From: Methylomagnum ishizawai
GTDB lineage: Bacteria; Pseudomonadota; Gammaproteobacteria; Methylococcales; Methylococcaceae
Reading direction: 5' to 3'
Length of the DNA stretch: 24,000 nt
Assembly (NCBI RefSeq): GCF_019670005.1
Contig: NZ_AP019783.1
Span: forward strand, 2,172,150 to 2,196,149
Below are positions 9,284 through 17,552 of the stretch, piece after piece. The notes under the pieces were generated by a model. It worked only from the letters and a program-made list of their open reading frames with translations. It searched no databases and had not been told where the DNA came from. Position numbers and translations under genes: made by a program. Each line of letters opens with the position of its first letter. Position 1 is the first letter of the stretch.

Positions 9284-11404
9284 ATGATGAACCTGAATAA
9301 GTTGACCATCGCCCAACGTCTAATCCTGGCGAGTTCGGTATTGGGCGTGTTCTATGTGGCGGTTGGTCTCATCGGCGCGGTGAACCTGGCCGCGTGCGGG
9401 CGCGATACCGAACTCGTCTTGTTGGCTGGGGTATGGGGTACTGGTGCCGTGCTGTCCCTGGCGTTCGCCTATCGTGTCATCCAAAGCATCGTCAAGCCCT
9501 TGGAAGGGACTTTGCAAACCTTGGACGCCATGACCAAAGGCGATTTCACCCAGGCACCACCCAAGCCCGAGGGCCAGGACGAGATCGCCTGGATGCAGCA
9601 TTGCGTCCGCGAACTCTGGAAGCGGGTGTCGAGTTTCATCGGTGACATGGATCGGATGGCCAACGAGCAGGAGGGTGGCAAGAACGATTCGCGGATGGAT
9701 GCCGCCCGGTTCCAGGGTTCGTTCAAGACTATCGCCGAGAACGTCAATACCATGGTGGCCGAGCATATTTCCCTCAAGATGAAAATCCTGGCCCTCATCG
9801 GCCAATATGTGGAGGGCGATTTCTCCGAGGCCATGCCGGACCTGCCCGGCCAGCGCGCCATCATCACCCGGCGGGTCAACGAGGCGCGGGAATTGATGCG
9901 GGCGGCGGCGGAAGCGGCCCAAGAACAGCTGCGCATCCGCAATGCCCTGGATAATTGCAGCACCAGCGTGATGATCGCCGACAACGATGGCATCATCGTC
10001 TATATAAACCCGGCGGCACGGGATACGATGAAGGTCGCCGAGCCCGAATTACGTAAACATCTGCCACATTTCGATACCGATAAGTTGCTGGGTTCCTGTT
10101 TCGATCAGTACCACCGCAACCAGCCCCATCAGCGCAATCTAGTCGCCAGCCTCCGGGAAACCTACAGGACCGAGATCAAGGTGGCAGGACTGACCTTCCG
10201 CTTCACGGCCAATCCAGTCTACGGCAAGGCGGGTAAGCGGATCGGCACGGTGGTCGAATGGCTGGACCGGACCATGGAAGTGCGTACCGAGAACGAAGTC
10301 AGCACGGTGGTCGGTGCCGCTTCGCTGGGGGATTTCACCAAGCGATTGAGCACCGAAGGCAAGCAGGGCTTCTATAGGAATTTCGCCGAGAAGCTCAACC
10401 AACTGATGGAGACCAGCGCCTACAGCCTGGAGGAATTGCAGCGGGTACTCACCGCCCTGGCCCAGGGCGACCTGACCTACCACACCAAGGGCGAATACAC
10501 CGGCATTTTCGGCGAGTTGATGAATGCCGGCAACGCCACGGTGGAGCAACTCGCCCGCACCATCACCGAAGTGGTCGGGTCCGCCAACAATTTCGCCAAC
10601 GCCTCGGCCCAGGTCAGCCAGACCGCGCAGATGCTATCCCAAGCCACCAGCGAACAGGCCGCCAGCGTGGAGGAAACCAGCGCATCGGTCGAGGAACTGA
10701 CCTCATCGGTCCACCAGAACGCCGAGAACGCCAAGGTCACCGACGGCATGGCCCTGAAAGCCACCCAGGAGGCCAACGACGGCGGCACCGCCGTGCGCGA
10801 GACCGTGGTGGCGATGAAGAGCATCGCCAGCAAGATCGGCATCATCGACGACATCGCCTACCAAACCAACCTCCTGGCCCTGAACGCCGCCATCGAGGCG
10901 GCCAGGGCCGGCGACCACGGCAAGGGCTTCGCGGTGGTGGCGGCGGAGGTCAGGAAGTTGGCGGAGCGCTCCCAGGTCGCGGCCCAGGAAATCGGCGAAT
11001 TGGCGGTCAGCAGTGTGCGGCTGGCCGAGCGGGCGGGGAGTTTGCTCGGCACCATCGTCCCGGCCATCCAGAAGACCTCGGACTTGGTGCAGGAAATCAC
11101 CGCCGCCTCCACCGAACAGGCCGAGGGTCTTGGCCAATTGAACACCACCATGAACGAACTCAGCCGCGTCACCCAGCAGAACGCTTCGGCTTCGGAGGAA
11201 CTCGCCGCCACCGCCGACGAGATGAACGGCCAATCCCAGGATTTGCTGCGCATCATCGGCTTCTTCAAGGTGGAGCAAAGCGCTTCTGTGGAGTCCTCGC
11301 GGCTACAGGGTTTGACCCACCGGGCGGCAGAAGTGGGTCATGTACGCCGGATCGCGGCCGGCGGGCGGGGAGCGGAAGCCCCGTCGGGTTTCTTGCGGTT
11401 TTAA
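9284..11404 (+). CDS. Aer2-like methyl-accepting chemotaxis protein: two N-terminal TM segments, HAMP units, a PAS domain, HAMP, and the MCP signalling domain (706 aa)
   Basis: TM1 ([25 protein letters not shown]) and TM2 ([23 protein letters not shown]) are separated by a loop of about 8 aa. The PAS core is [17 protein letters not shown]...[14 protein letters not shown]...VVEWLDRT. The MCP tip is [37 protein letters not shown]. Confidence 0.9.
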   Translation: MMNLNKLTIAQRLILASSVLGVFYVAVGLIGAVNLAACGRDTELVLLAGVWGTGAVLSLAFAYRVIQSIVKPLEGTLQTLDAMTKGDFTQAPPKPEGQDEIAWMQHCVRELWKRVSSFIGDMDRMANEQEGGKNDSRMDAARFQGSFKTIAENVNTMVAEHISLKMKILALIGQYVEGDFSEAMPDLPGQRAIITRRVNEARELMRAAAEAAQEQLRIRNALDNCSTSVMIADNDGIIVYINPAARDTMKVAEPELRKHLPHFDTDKLLGSCFDQYHRNQPHQRNLVASLRETYRTEIKVAGLTFRFTANPVYGKAGKRIGTVVEWLDRTMEVRTENEVSTVVGAASLGDFTKRLSTEGKQGFYRNFAEKLNQLMETSAYSLEELQRVLTALAQGDLTYHTKGEYTGIFGELMNAGNATVEQLARTITEVVGSANNFANASAQVSQTAQMLSQATSEQAASVEETSASVEELTSSVHQNAENAKVTDGMALKATQEANDGGTAVRETVVAMKSIASKIGIIDDIAYQTNLLALNAAIEAARAGDHGKGFAVVAAEVRKLAERSQVAAQEIGELAVSSVRLAERAGSLLGTIVPAIQKTSDLVQEITAASTEQAEGLGQLNTTMNELSRVTQQNASASEELAATADEMNGQSQDLLRIIGFFKVEQSASVESSRLQGLTHRAAEVGHVRRIAAGGRGAEAPSGFLRF

Positions 11405-11421
11405 AGCGGGCGGCACACACC

Positions 11422-12237
11422 ATGGAAACGCTCAGCATCACCGACAAGGAATTCGCCCAGATCCGCGATTTCATCTACCGCAAGACCGGCATCTCCATGG
11501 GCGACAGCAAGAAGGCCCTGGTGTCCGGGCGCTTGTTCAAGCGCTTGCAGTATTACGGGCTCCGCAACTTCACCGAGTATTTCGCCCTGATCACCAGCGG
11601 TTCCTCCCCCAAGGAACTCCAGACCGCCATCGATCTGCTGACCACCAACGAAACCTATTTCTTCCGCGAGGAAAAGCATTTCGAGTTCCTGAAGACCCAG
11701 GTGTTGCCTGCGGTCAGGCGCGGTGGCACCTACCGGGTATGGAGCGCGGCCTGTTCCTCCGGGGAGGAGCCTTATAGCCTCGCGATGCTGCTGGCCGACG
11801 GCCTGGTCGGGATGGAGTTCGAGATATTGGCCTCGGATATCAGCACCCGTGTCTTGGAGAAGGCCCGCCGGGGTTTGTATCCGATGGAACGGGTGGAGCG
11901 GATCCCCCCCGAATACCTCAAGCGCTATTGCCTGCGGGGGACCGGGGAATACGACGGCATGTTGCTGATCGAAAAACAACTGCGGGCCAAGGTGCGCTTC
12001 GAGCAGGTCAACCTGATCGCGCCCATGCCGGAGGTCGGCCAGTTCGACCTGATTTTTTTACGCAACGTGATGATTTATTTCGACATGGAGACCAAGCGGC
12101 AGGTGGTTGGGCAGTTATTGAAGGCGCTCAAGCCCAGGGGCTATTTCTTCATCGGCCATTCCGAGAGCCTGATGGGCGTCACCGATAAACTCACCATGCT
12201 GCGACCCTCGATTTATCGCCATGCATCCGCCGAGTGA
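11422..12237 (+). CDS. cheR: chemotaxis protein methyltransferase CheR (271 aa)
   Basis: The N-terminal helical domain starts DKEFAQIRDFIYRKTGI. The SAM-binding region is RVWSAACSSGEEPYSLAMLL, followed by FDLIFLRNVMIYFD. Confidence 0.92.
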   Translation: METLSITDKEFAQIRDFIYRKTGISMGDSKKALVSGRLFKRLQYYGLRNFTEYFALITSGSSPKELQTAIDLLTTNETYFFREEKHFEFLKTQVLPAVRRGGTYRVWSAACSSGEEPYSLAMLLADGLVGMEFEILASDISTRVLEKARRGLYPMERVERIPPEYLKRYCLRGTGEYDGMLLIEKQLRAKVRFEQVNLIAPMPEVGQFDLIFLRNVMIYFDMETKRQVVGQLLKALKPRGYFFIGHSESLMGVTDKLTMLRPSIYRHASAE

Positions 12238-12724
12238 CTTTATAGAAATCTTTTTACAGCCGGGGGAGTTTTATTTCGGCGGGGAAAACACCCGCATCCG
12301 CACCTTGCTGGGCTCTTGCATCGCCATCACCTTCTGGCATCCCCAAGCCCGCTTGGGCGGGATGTGCCATTTCCTCCTGCCCCGCCGCCCCGATCCGGCC
12401 CCGCGCGGGCGCTTGGACGGGCGCTATGGCGACGAGGCGCTGCTCTGGCTGATCCGCGAGGCGGTGGCCCACCGCACCGATCCCGGCAAGTACGAGATCA
12501 AGGTGTTCGGCGGCGGCAATATGTTCCCCGGTTCGGGCGCCTCCGGGCGGGGCGAAGTGGGGTTGCGCAACATCGAACGGGCCTTCCGCTTGCTCGGGGC
12601 CTATGGGCTGTCCGTGGCGGCCAAGCATGTGGGCGGGTATGGGCATCGCAATTTGATCTTCGATGTGTGGAGCGGCCATGTCTGGTTGAAATTCGTGCGG
12701 ACGGACGGCCAGGGGCCGGGCTGA
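12221..12724 (+). CDS. cheD: chemoreceptor glutamine deamidase CheD (167 aa)
   Basis: The start overlaps the cheR end by 17 nt. CheD motifs are present: LGSCIAITFWHP, GGMCHFLLP, KVFGGGNMF and IGLRNIE. Confidence 0.9.
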   Translation: MHPPSDFIEIFLQPGEFYFGGENTRIRTLLGSCIAITFWHPQARLGGMCHFLLPRRPDPAPRGRLDGRYGDEALLWLIREAVAHRTDPGKYEIKVFGGGNMFPGSGASGRGEVGLRNIERAFRLLGAYGLSVAAKHVGGYGHRNLIFDVWSGHVWLKFVRTDGQGPG

Positions 12725-12805
12725 CGAACCCCCGCGCCCGGTTCCGGGCCGTGCGGGATGTGCAACCGAATTGGGCGGACCCATGCCGTCCACGAAGGAT
12801 TTATC

Positions 12806-13891
12806 ATGAAACCCATCAATGTCTTGATCGTCGACGATTCCGCCGTGGTGCGCCAGATCGTCTCCGCCCTGGTGGCCCGCGATCCCTCGATCCAGGTGAT
12901 GGCGGCGGTGTCCGATCCCATCCTGGCCATGGAACGCATGAAGCGGCAATGGCCGGATGTCATCCTCCTCGATATCGAGATGCCGCGCATGGATGGCATC
13001 ACCTTCCTCAAAAAGATCATGGAGGAGCGGCCCACCCCGGTGGTGATCTGCTCGACCCTGACCGAGCGCGGCGCGGAAACCACCTTGCAAGCCCTGTCCG
13101 CCGGGGCGGTCGGCATCCTGACCAAGCCCAAGCTGGGGCTCAAGAAGTTCCTGGAGGAGTCCTCCATCGAGTTCATCGACGCGGTGAAGAGCGCCGCCCA
13201 GGCCAATCTGCGCCGGCTCGGGCCCACGCCCAGGCCGTCCGTCGCCGCCAACCCGGCGGCGGTGCCCCATGTCCCGCCGCCCGCCCCCAAGCCCACCCCG
13301 GATTCCCGCGCCCTGGCCCGGACCACCGACCGCATCGTCGCCATCGGCACCTCGACCGGCGGCACCCAGGCGCTGGAGGTCTTGTTGACCGCCCTGCCCA
13401 GGGTGTCGCCGGGGTTGGTGATCGTCCAACACATGCCCGAGCGCTTCACCGCCATGTTCGCCCAGCGCCTCGACGGCCTGTGCGCCATCGAGGTGCGCGA
13501 GGCCAAGGACGGCGACCGGGTGTTGCCGGGGCTGGCCTTGATCGCGCCGGGCGGGAAGCATATGCGGGTCAAGCTCAGCGGTGCCCAATATATGGTCGAG
13601 GTGCTGGACGGCCCCTTGGTCAACCGCCACCGGCCTTCGGTGGACGTGCTGTTCCGTTCGGTCGCCAAGTACGCCGGCAAGAACGCTTTGGGGATCATCA
13701 TGACCGGCATGGGCGACGACGGCGCCAGGGGACTCAAGGAGATGCACGAGGCCGGGGCCGACACCATCGCCCAGGACGAGGACTCCTGCGTGGTGTTCGG
13801 CATGCCCAAGGAGGCGATCAAGCTGGGGGCGGCGGGGCGGGTGTTGACGCTGCGGGCCTTGGCCCCGGCGATCCAGGCCTATGGGGGGTAG
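12806..13891 (+). CDS. cheB: protein-glutamate methylesterase/deamidase CheB (receiver plus esterase, 361 aa)
   Basis: ATG at 12806 follows GAAGGA. The receiver shows VLIVDDS and [13 protein letters not shown] Pro-rich linker follows. The esterase triad context is [14 protein letters not shown], and GMGDDGA. Confidence 0.92.
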   Translation: MKPINVLIVDDSAVVRQIVSALVARDPSIQVMAAVSDPILAMERMKRQWPDVILLDIEMPRMDGITFLKKIMEERPTPVVICSTLTERGAETTLQALSAGAVGILTKPKLGLKKFLEESSIEFIDAVKSAAQANLRRLGPTPRPSVAANPAAVPHVPPPAPKPTPDSRALARTTDRIVAIGTSTGGTQALEVLLTALPRVSPGLVIVQHMPERFTAMFAQRLDGLCAIEVREAKDGDRVLPGLALIAPGGKHMRVKLSGAQYMVEVLDGPLVNRHRPSVDVLFRSVAKYAGKNALGIIMTGMGDDGARGLKEMHEAGADTIAQDEDSCVVFGMPKEAIKLGAAGRVLTLRALAPAIQAYGG

Positions 13892-14808
13892 GGCGGTTCC
13901 AACGTCCGCATCGCCCGCTTGACGCCCTCCCTCAGCCAGCGGTGGGCGGCGTCCTTTTCCCGCGCCTGGTGCCAGACCAGGGACACGGCCACTTCCGGGG
14001 CCGGATAGGGCATCGGAAAAACCTCGAGCCCGAACCGCTCCGCGCAGAGCGCCGCGAAACGCTCCGGGAGCAGCGCCACCAGGTCGGTTTGCCCGACCAC
14101 CACGGGCAGGCCCAAGGCCGACCAGACTTCGATGGCCACCCGCGCCGGGAACGCCGCCAGGGCCTCTTCGAGCGCGTTGGGCCGGTCCTGGGGCGGATGC
14201 GGGTCGTAGCAGGCGACTTGTTCTTCCGCCTCGAGCATGTCCAGCGTCAACGGCGTCCGTAGGCGGGGATGGCCCCGCCGGGCGATGATCACCAGCCTTT
14301 CCATTTCCAGCGGCTCGTACACCAGGGCCGGGTCGGGATAGCGCACATAGTCGATGGCCAGGTCCAGGACGCCCTCCCGCAGCAGGCGGGGGATTTCCTC
14401 GGGCTGTTCCAGCGGGCGGATCGACAGCGTCGCCCTGGGCGCTTCCCGCCGCACCCAGTTGTGCAAGCCCACCGCCAACAACACCCCGCCCCCATAGGGC
14501 GTCGCCACCTTGAACGCCCGTTCGGTCGATGCCGGATCGAATTCCCGGCCATGCTCCACCCCTTCCCGGATCAAATCCAAAGCCCCGCGCACTTGTTTGT
14601 ACAGGGCGTCGGCCGCGGGCGTGGGGTTCACGCCCCTGGAACCTGCGACCAGCAGCGGGTCTTTCAGCACATAGCGCAGGCGGTTGACGGCGTTGCTGAC
14701 CGCGGGCTGGGTCATGCCCAGCCGGGCGGCGGCGCGGGCTTGGTTGCGTTCCTCGTAGACCGCCTCGAAGACGGTGAACAAATTGAGATCGATACCCCTG
14801 AGATTCAT
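13879..14808 (-). CDS. LysR-family transcriptional regulator (309 aa)
   Basis: The N-terminal wHTH reads [38 protein letters not shown], followed by a LysR substrate-binding-type C-terminal part. Its 3' end overlaps the cheB stop by 13 nt (convergent). Confidence 0.9.
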   Translation of the reverse strand: MNLRGIDLNLFTVFEAVYEERNQARAAARLGMTQPAVSNAVNRLRYVLKDPLLVAGSRGVNPTPAADALYKQVRGALDLIREGVEHGREFDPASTERAFKVATPYGGGVLLAVGLHNWVRREAPRATLSIRPLEQPEEIPRLLREGVLDLAIDYVRYPDPALVYEPLEMERLVIIARRGHPRLRTPLTLDMLEAEEQVACYDPHPPQDRPNALEEALAAFPARVAIEVWSALGLPVVVGQTDLVALLPERFAALCAERFGLEVFPMPYPAPEVAVSLVWHQAREKDAAHRWLREGVKRAMRTLEPPYPP

Positions 14809-14837
14809 GTCGTGAATACCTGAATTATCATTATTGA

Positions 14838-14865
14838 ATTGGTGTTTTCAAAATAAAATACCAAT
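14838..14865. promoter_or_regulatory. inverted repeat ATTGGT-N16-ACCAAT in the AT-rich divergent LysR / sigma54-activator intergenic region; candidate operator
   Basis: Perfect 6-bp arms at 14838-14843 and 14860-14865 lie 30 bp upstream of the LysR start codon. The assigned function is inference only. Confidence 0.3.
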
Positions 14866-15041
14866 ACTCATCACCCGGACGCCAGCCCGGAGATACCCCA
14901 TGAAATGGTCCCGCGCAAACTAACATTTCCCGCAAGGGATAGTGGCTTGGGAATACCGGGTTATACCGAAGGCGTCGGCCCCCGTCGCGGCTTTTCCAGC
15001 GGGGCCGCCCTCCATCGCAACCGCAAACAGTGGGTGATTTT

Positions 15042-15893
15042 ATGTTCGAATTGCTGCTCGGCCGCAACCCCGCCTTCCAAGCCTTGTTGCGGGACGCCCA
15101 GACCGCCGCCGCCGCCAACGTGACCGTGCTGGTCGCCGGGGAAACCGGCACCGGCAAGGAACTGTTGGCCCAGGCCCTGCACCACCACAGCGCCCGCGCC
15201 GCCAAGCCCTATGCCACGCTGAATTGCGCGGCCATCGCGGAGGGGCTGGCGGAATCCGAATTGTTCGGGCACCGCCGGGGCGCGTTCACCGGGGCCGATG
15301 CCGATGGTACCGGGCGGTTGCGGGCGGCCCATGGCGGGACGCTGTTCCTGGACGAGGTCGATTCCCTCGCGCCCGCCTTGCAGGCCAAGCTGCTGCGCTT
15401 CCTCGAAAGCGGCGAAATCCAGCCGGTGGGGGAAACCGCCACCCGCAAGGTCGATGTGCGCCTCGTCGCCGCGACCAACGCCGACCTGGAGGCCAGGGTC
15501 GCTTGCGGCCTGTTCCGCGCCGACCTCTACTACCGGCTGAACGTGCTGCCCTTGCACATCCCGCCGCTACGGCAACGCCCGGACGATGTGCCCTTGCTGG
15601 CGAGCCATTTCATGCGGCTGTTCGCGGCCCGCTACCAGCGGCGGGAAGCCGGGTTCAGCGTGGAAGCCCTGATCTGCATGGCGGAATATGCCTGGCCGGG
15701 CAATATCCGGGAACTGCGGAATGTGTGCGAGCGGCTGGCCATCTTCCGGGCCGGCGAATTGGTCGGGGTCGGGGATCTGCCGCCGGAGATACCGGGGTAT
15801 TCCAGGCCGTACGGGCCGGTGGCCGGTTTTCCGGTGAAGGCCCATGGGCGGGGGGCCGCCGGGTTCGGCGGGGGGAAGTACCGGATGAATTGA
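15042..15893 (+). CDS. sigma54-dependent transcriptional activator consisting of the AAA+ core only (283 aa; no N-terminal sensor domain, no recognisable C-terminal HTH)
   Basis: Walker A is VAGETGTGKE, the GAFTGA loop is HRRGAFTGAD, and Walker B is GGTLFLDEVD; ADLYYRLNV and WPGNIRELRN are also present. The protein begins about 20 aa before Walker A. After the AAA+ core it ends in a 45-aa Gly/Pro-rich tail. A GTG at 15030 is an alternative start. Confidence 0.85.
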   Translation: MFELLLGRNPAFQALLRDAQTAAAANVTVLVAGETGTGKELLAQALHHHSARAAKPYATLNCAAIAEGLAESELFGHRRGAFTGADADGTGRLRAAHGGTLFLDEVDSLAPALQAKLLRFLESGEIQPVGETATRKVDVRLVAATNADLEARVACGLFRADLYYRLNVLPLHIPPLRQRPDDVPLLASHFMRLFAARYQRREAGFSVEALICMAEYAWPGNIRELRNVCERLAIFRAGELVGVGDLPPEIPGYSRPYGPVAGFPVKAHGRGAAGFGGGKYRMN

Positions 15894-16226
15894 GAAAGGG
15901 GTTGCGGACCGGTTGGGCAGGGGGTCCATGCCCAACCCACCGGGCTTCGCCGGCTCGTCTTTCCCTGGCTATCCAGGTTCGGATCCCACATCGCCCATCG
16001 GTATTCCCACATGTTTCCCGCCCCGCCGCGGCCCGCCAGCATTCACATCCTCCCCGCTCCAACGTCTATCCCGACACGGGCCTAGCGCGCCCGTCCCCGG
16101 TCCAGTCCCTCCGGGCGACCGCTGGCTTCCCGCATCCGATGGTCGCGAAAAAATGTTCCGGTTCGGATTCACAAGTCCAAGCAAGCAACGTCTATAAGGC
16201 AGTGGGATGAAAATTCTGACCGGAAT

Positions 16227-16269
16227 TTGAATCCAGTCGATTCACAAATAAATCGATGAATCGTCAATA
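16227..16269 (+). promoter_or_regulatory. AT-rich island upstream of the first reb-like gene with a sigma70-like TTCACA-N17-TCAATA and an overlapping inverted repeat CGATTCA-N12-TGAATCG
   Basis: TTCACA is at 16241-16246 and TCAATA at 16264-16269. The IR arms are at 16238-16244 and 16257-16263. This is the only AT-rich patch in the 457-bp noncoding leader. Its function has not been tested. Confidence 0.25.
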
Positions 16270-16350
16270 GGACAGGCCAAGGCGATTCCGCCGAGGGTCA
16301 AAACGGGTGGCTCCCCACCTCCATTCCATCTAAGTCCGAGGAGTTCGATC

Positions 16351-16671
16351 ATGGCATTCCCTACCGCCGTCAACGACCAGGTCACCGATTCCGTCACCCA
16401 GGCCAATGTCAAGGTGCTGGGCGACGCGCCCGCCATGGCCATGGGCGCGATCTATCAATCGCTGGCCCATTCCACCGGCATCCTCTACCAGAACGCCACC
16501 AGCGCCCAGCAACAACTGGCGATCTCGGCCCAGGCGGCGACCAACCAGGGCGTGATCCAGCTCTATAGCGTGGACACCATGGCCGGGGCGGTCTCCACCG
16601 CCAAGGTCAGCCAGAGCGACCTGCCCAACACCTTGCTGGCCCTCTTGACCGCGCTCAAGGCCACCCAGTAG
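16351..16671 (+). CDS. rebB: RebB-family (R-body / 'killing trait') small protein, class A copy 1 (106 aa)
   Basis: A GAGGAG SD sits at 16338-16343. The N-terminus reads MAFPTAVNDQVTDSVTQANVKVLGDAPAMAMGAIYQSLAHSTGILYQNA..QQQ..AATNQGVIQLYS. The family assignment rests on my recollection of the motif, not a search. Confidence 0.8.
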   Translation: MAFPTAVNDQVTDSVTQANVKVLGDAPAMAMGAIYQSLAHSTGILYQNATSAQQQLAISAQAATNQGVIQLYSVDTMAGAVSTAKVSQSDLPNTLLALLTALKATQ

Positions 16672-16761
16672 GCATCGGCACGGGCCGGTGGGGCGTGCCC
16701 GCCCCGGCGGTATCCGCGGTGCGCCGCGGGCTTTGTTCATCATCAACCAGGAGTTTAAGTC

Positions 16762-17091
16762 ATGGCATTCCCTACCGCCGTCAACGACCAGATCACCGAT
16801 TCTGTCACCCAGGCCAATGTCAAGGTGTTGGGCGATGCCCCCGCCATGGCCATGGGCGCGATCTTCCAGTCTCTGGCCCATTCCACCGGCATCCTCTACG
16901 AGAACGCCACCAGCGCCCAGCAGCAATTGTCGATTTCGTCCCAGGCGGCGACCAACCAGGGCGTGATCCAGCTCTATAGCATAGACACCATGGCCGGGGC
17001 GGTCTCCACCGCCAAGGTCGGCCAGAGCGATTTGCCCAACACCCTGCTGGCCTTGTTGAGTTCGCTCAAGGCCGTGCAGCCCGGATTCTGA
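16762..17091 (+). CDS. rebB: RebB-family small protein, class A copy 2 (109 aa)
   Basis: The leader is CAGGAGTTTAAGTC-ATG. The protein is about 90% identical to copy 1 and carries a 3-aa C-terminal extension (PGF). Confidence 0.8.
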   Translation: MAFPTAVNDQITDSVTQANVKVLGDAPAMAMGAIFQSLAHSTGILYENATSAQQQLSISSQAATNQGVIQLYSIDTMAGAVSTAKVGQSDLPNTLLALLSSLKAVQPGF

Positions 17092-17172
17092 GGCGTTCCC
17101 GTCCCCGCCCCCCGGCCGGGACGGCGGGCCCTCGCCCCATTAGTGCAATAGTCATTACCCAGGAGTTCAACC

Positions 17173-17493
17173 ATGGCAATCCCTACCGCCGTCAACGGCC
17201 AGATCACCGACGCCGTCACCCAGGCCAACGTCAAGGTGCTGGGCGACGCCCCGGCCTTCGCGATGGGCGCGATCTACCAAGCGCTGGCCCATTCCACCGG
17301 CATCCTCTACCAGAACGCCACCAGCGCCCAGCAACAACTGGCGATTTCCTCCCAGGCGGCGACCAACCAGGGCGTGATCCAGCTCTACAGCGTGGACACC
17401 ATGGCCGGGGCGGTCTCCACCGCCAAGGTCGGCCAGAGCGATGTGCCCAGCACCCTGCTGGCCCTGTTGACCTCGCTCAAGGCCACCCAATGA
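17173..17493 (+). CDS. rebB: RebB-family small protein, class A copy 3 (106 aa)
   Basis: The leader is CAGGAGTTCAACC-ATG. Bases 17203-17429 are identical to copy 4. Confidence 0.8.
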   Translation: MAIPTAVNGQITDAVTQANVKVLGDAPAFAMGAIYQALAHSTGILYQNATSAQQQLAISSQAATNQGVIQLYSVDTMAGAVSTAKVGQSDVPSTLLALLTSLKATQ

Positions 17494-17552
17494 GCCGGCC
17501 AGGCAGCGCGGGTTCCCATCCATCCACCGTCCATAAATCAGGAGTTTAAGTC

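Noticed and set aside
12254-14262. ORFs 12254-13747 (-), 12601-13821 (-) and 12316-14262 (+)
   Set aside because: They are shadow frames of cheD, cheB and the LysR gene. Their products are Arg/Gly/Pro-rich without motifs.
15913-16197. 94-aa Pro-rich ORF (TTG start) in the reb leader, plus overlapping minus ORFs
   Set aside because: It has no SD and a TTG start. GC3 is only about 64% against much higher values in the real genes here, and the product is low-complexity. I treat the region as noncoding.
15042-16210. The sigma54 activator as a frameshifted pseudogene that lost its HTH
   Set aside because: Translating the three plus-strand frames downstream (15780-16210) shows no Fis-type HTH remnant. 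The AAA+ core is intact with no internal stops.
16676-16691. Sigma54-like CGGCACG element between reb copies 1 and 2, with a similar GGCACGGGAACGCC at 17950-17963
   Set aside because: The GGCAC half resembles the -24 box, but the -12 position has no TTGC/GC at the required GG-N10-GC spacing (GGTG in the first case, N9 spacing in the second). The first element is better explained as one arm of a hairpin.
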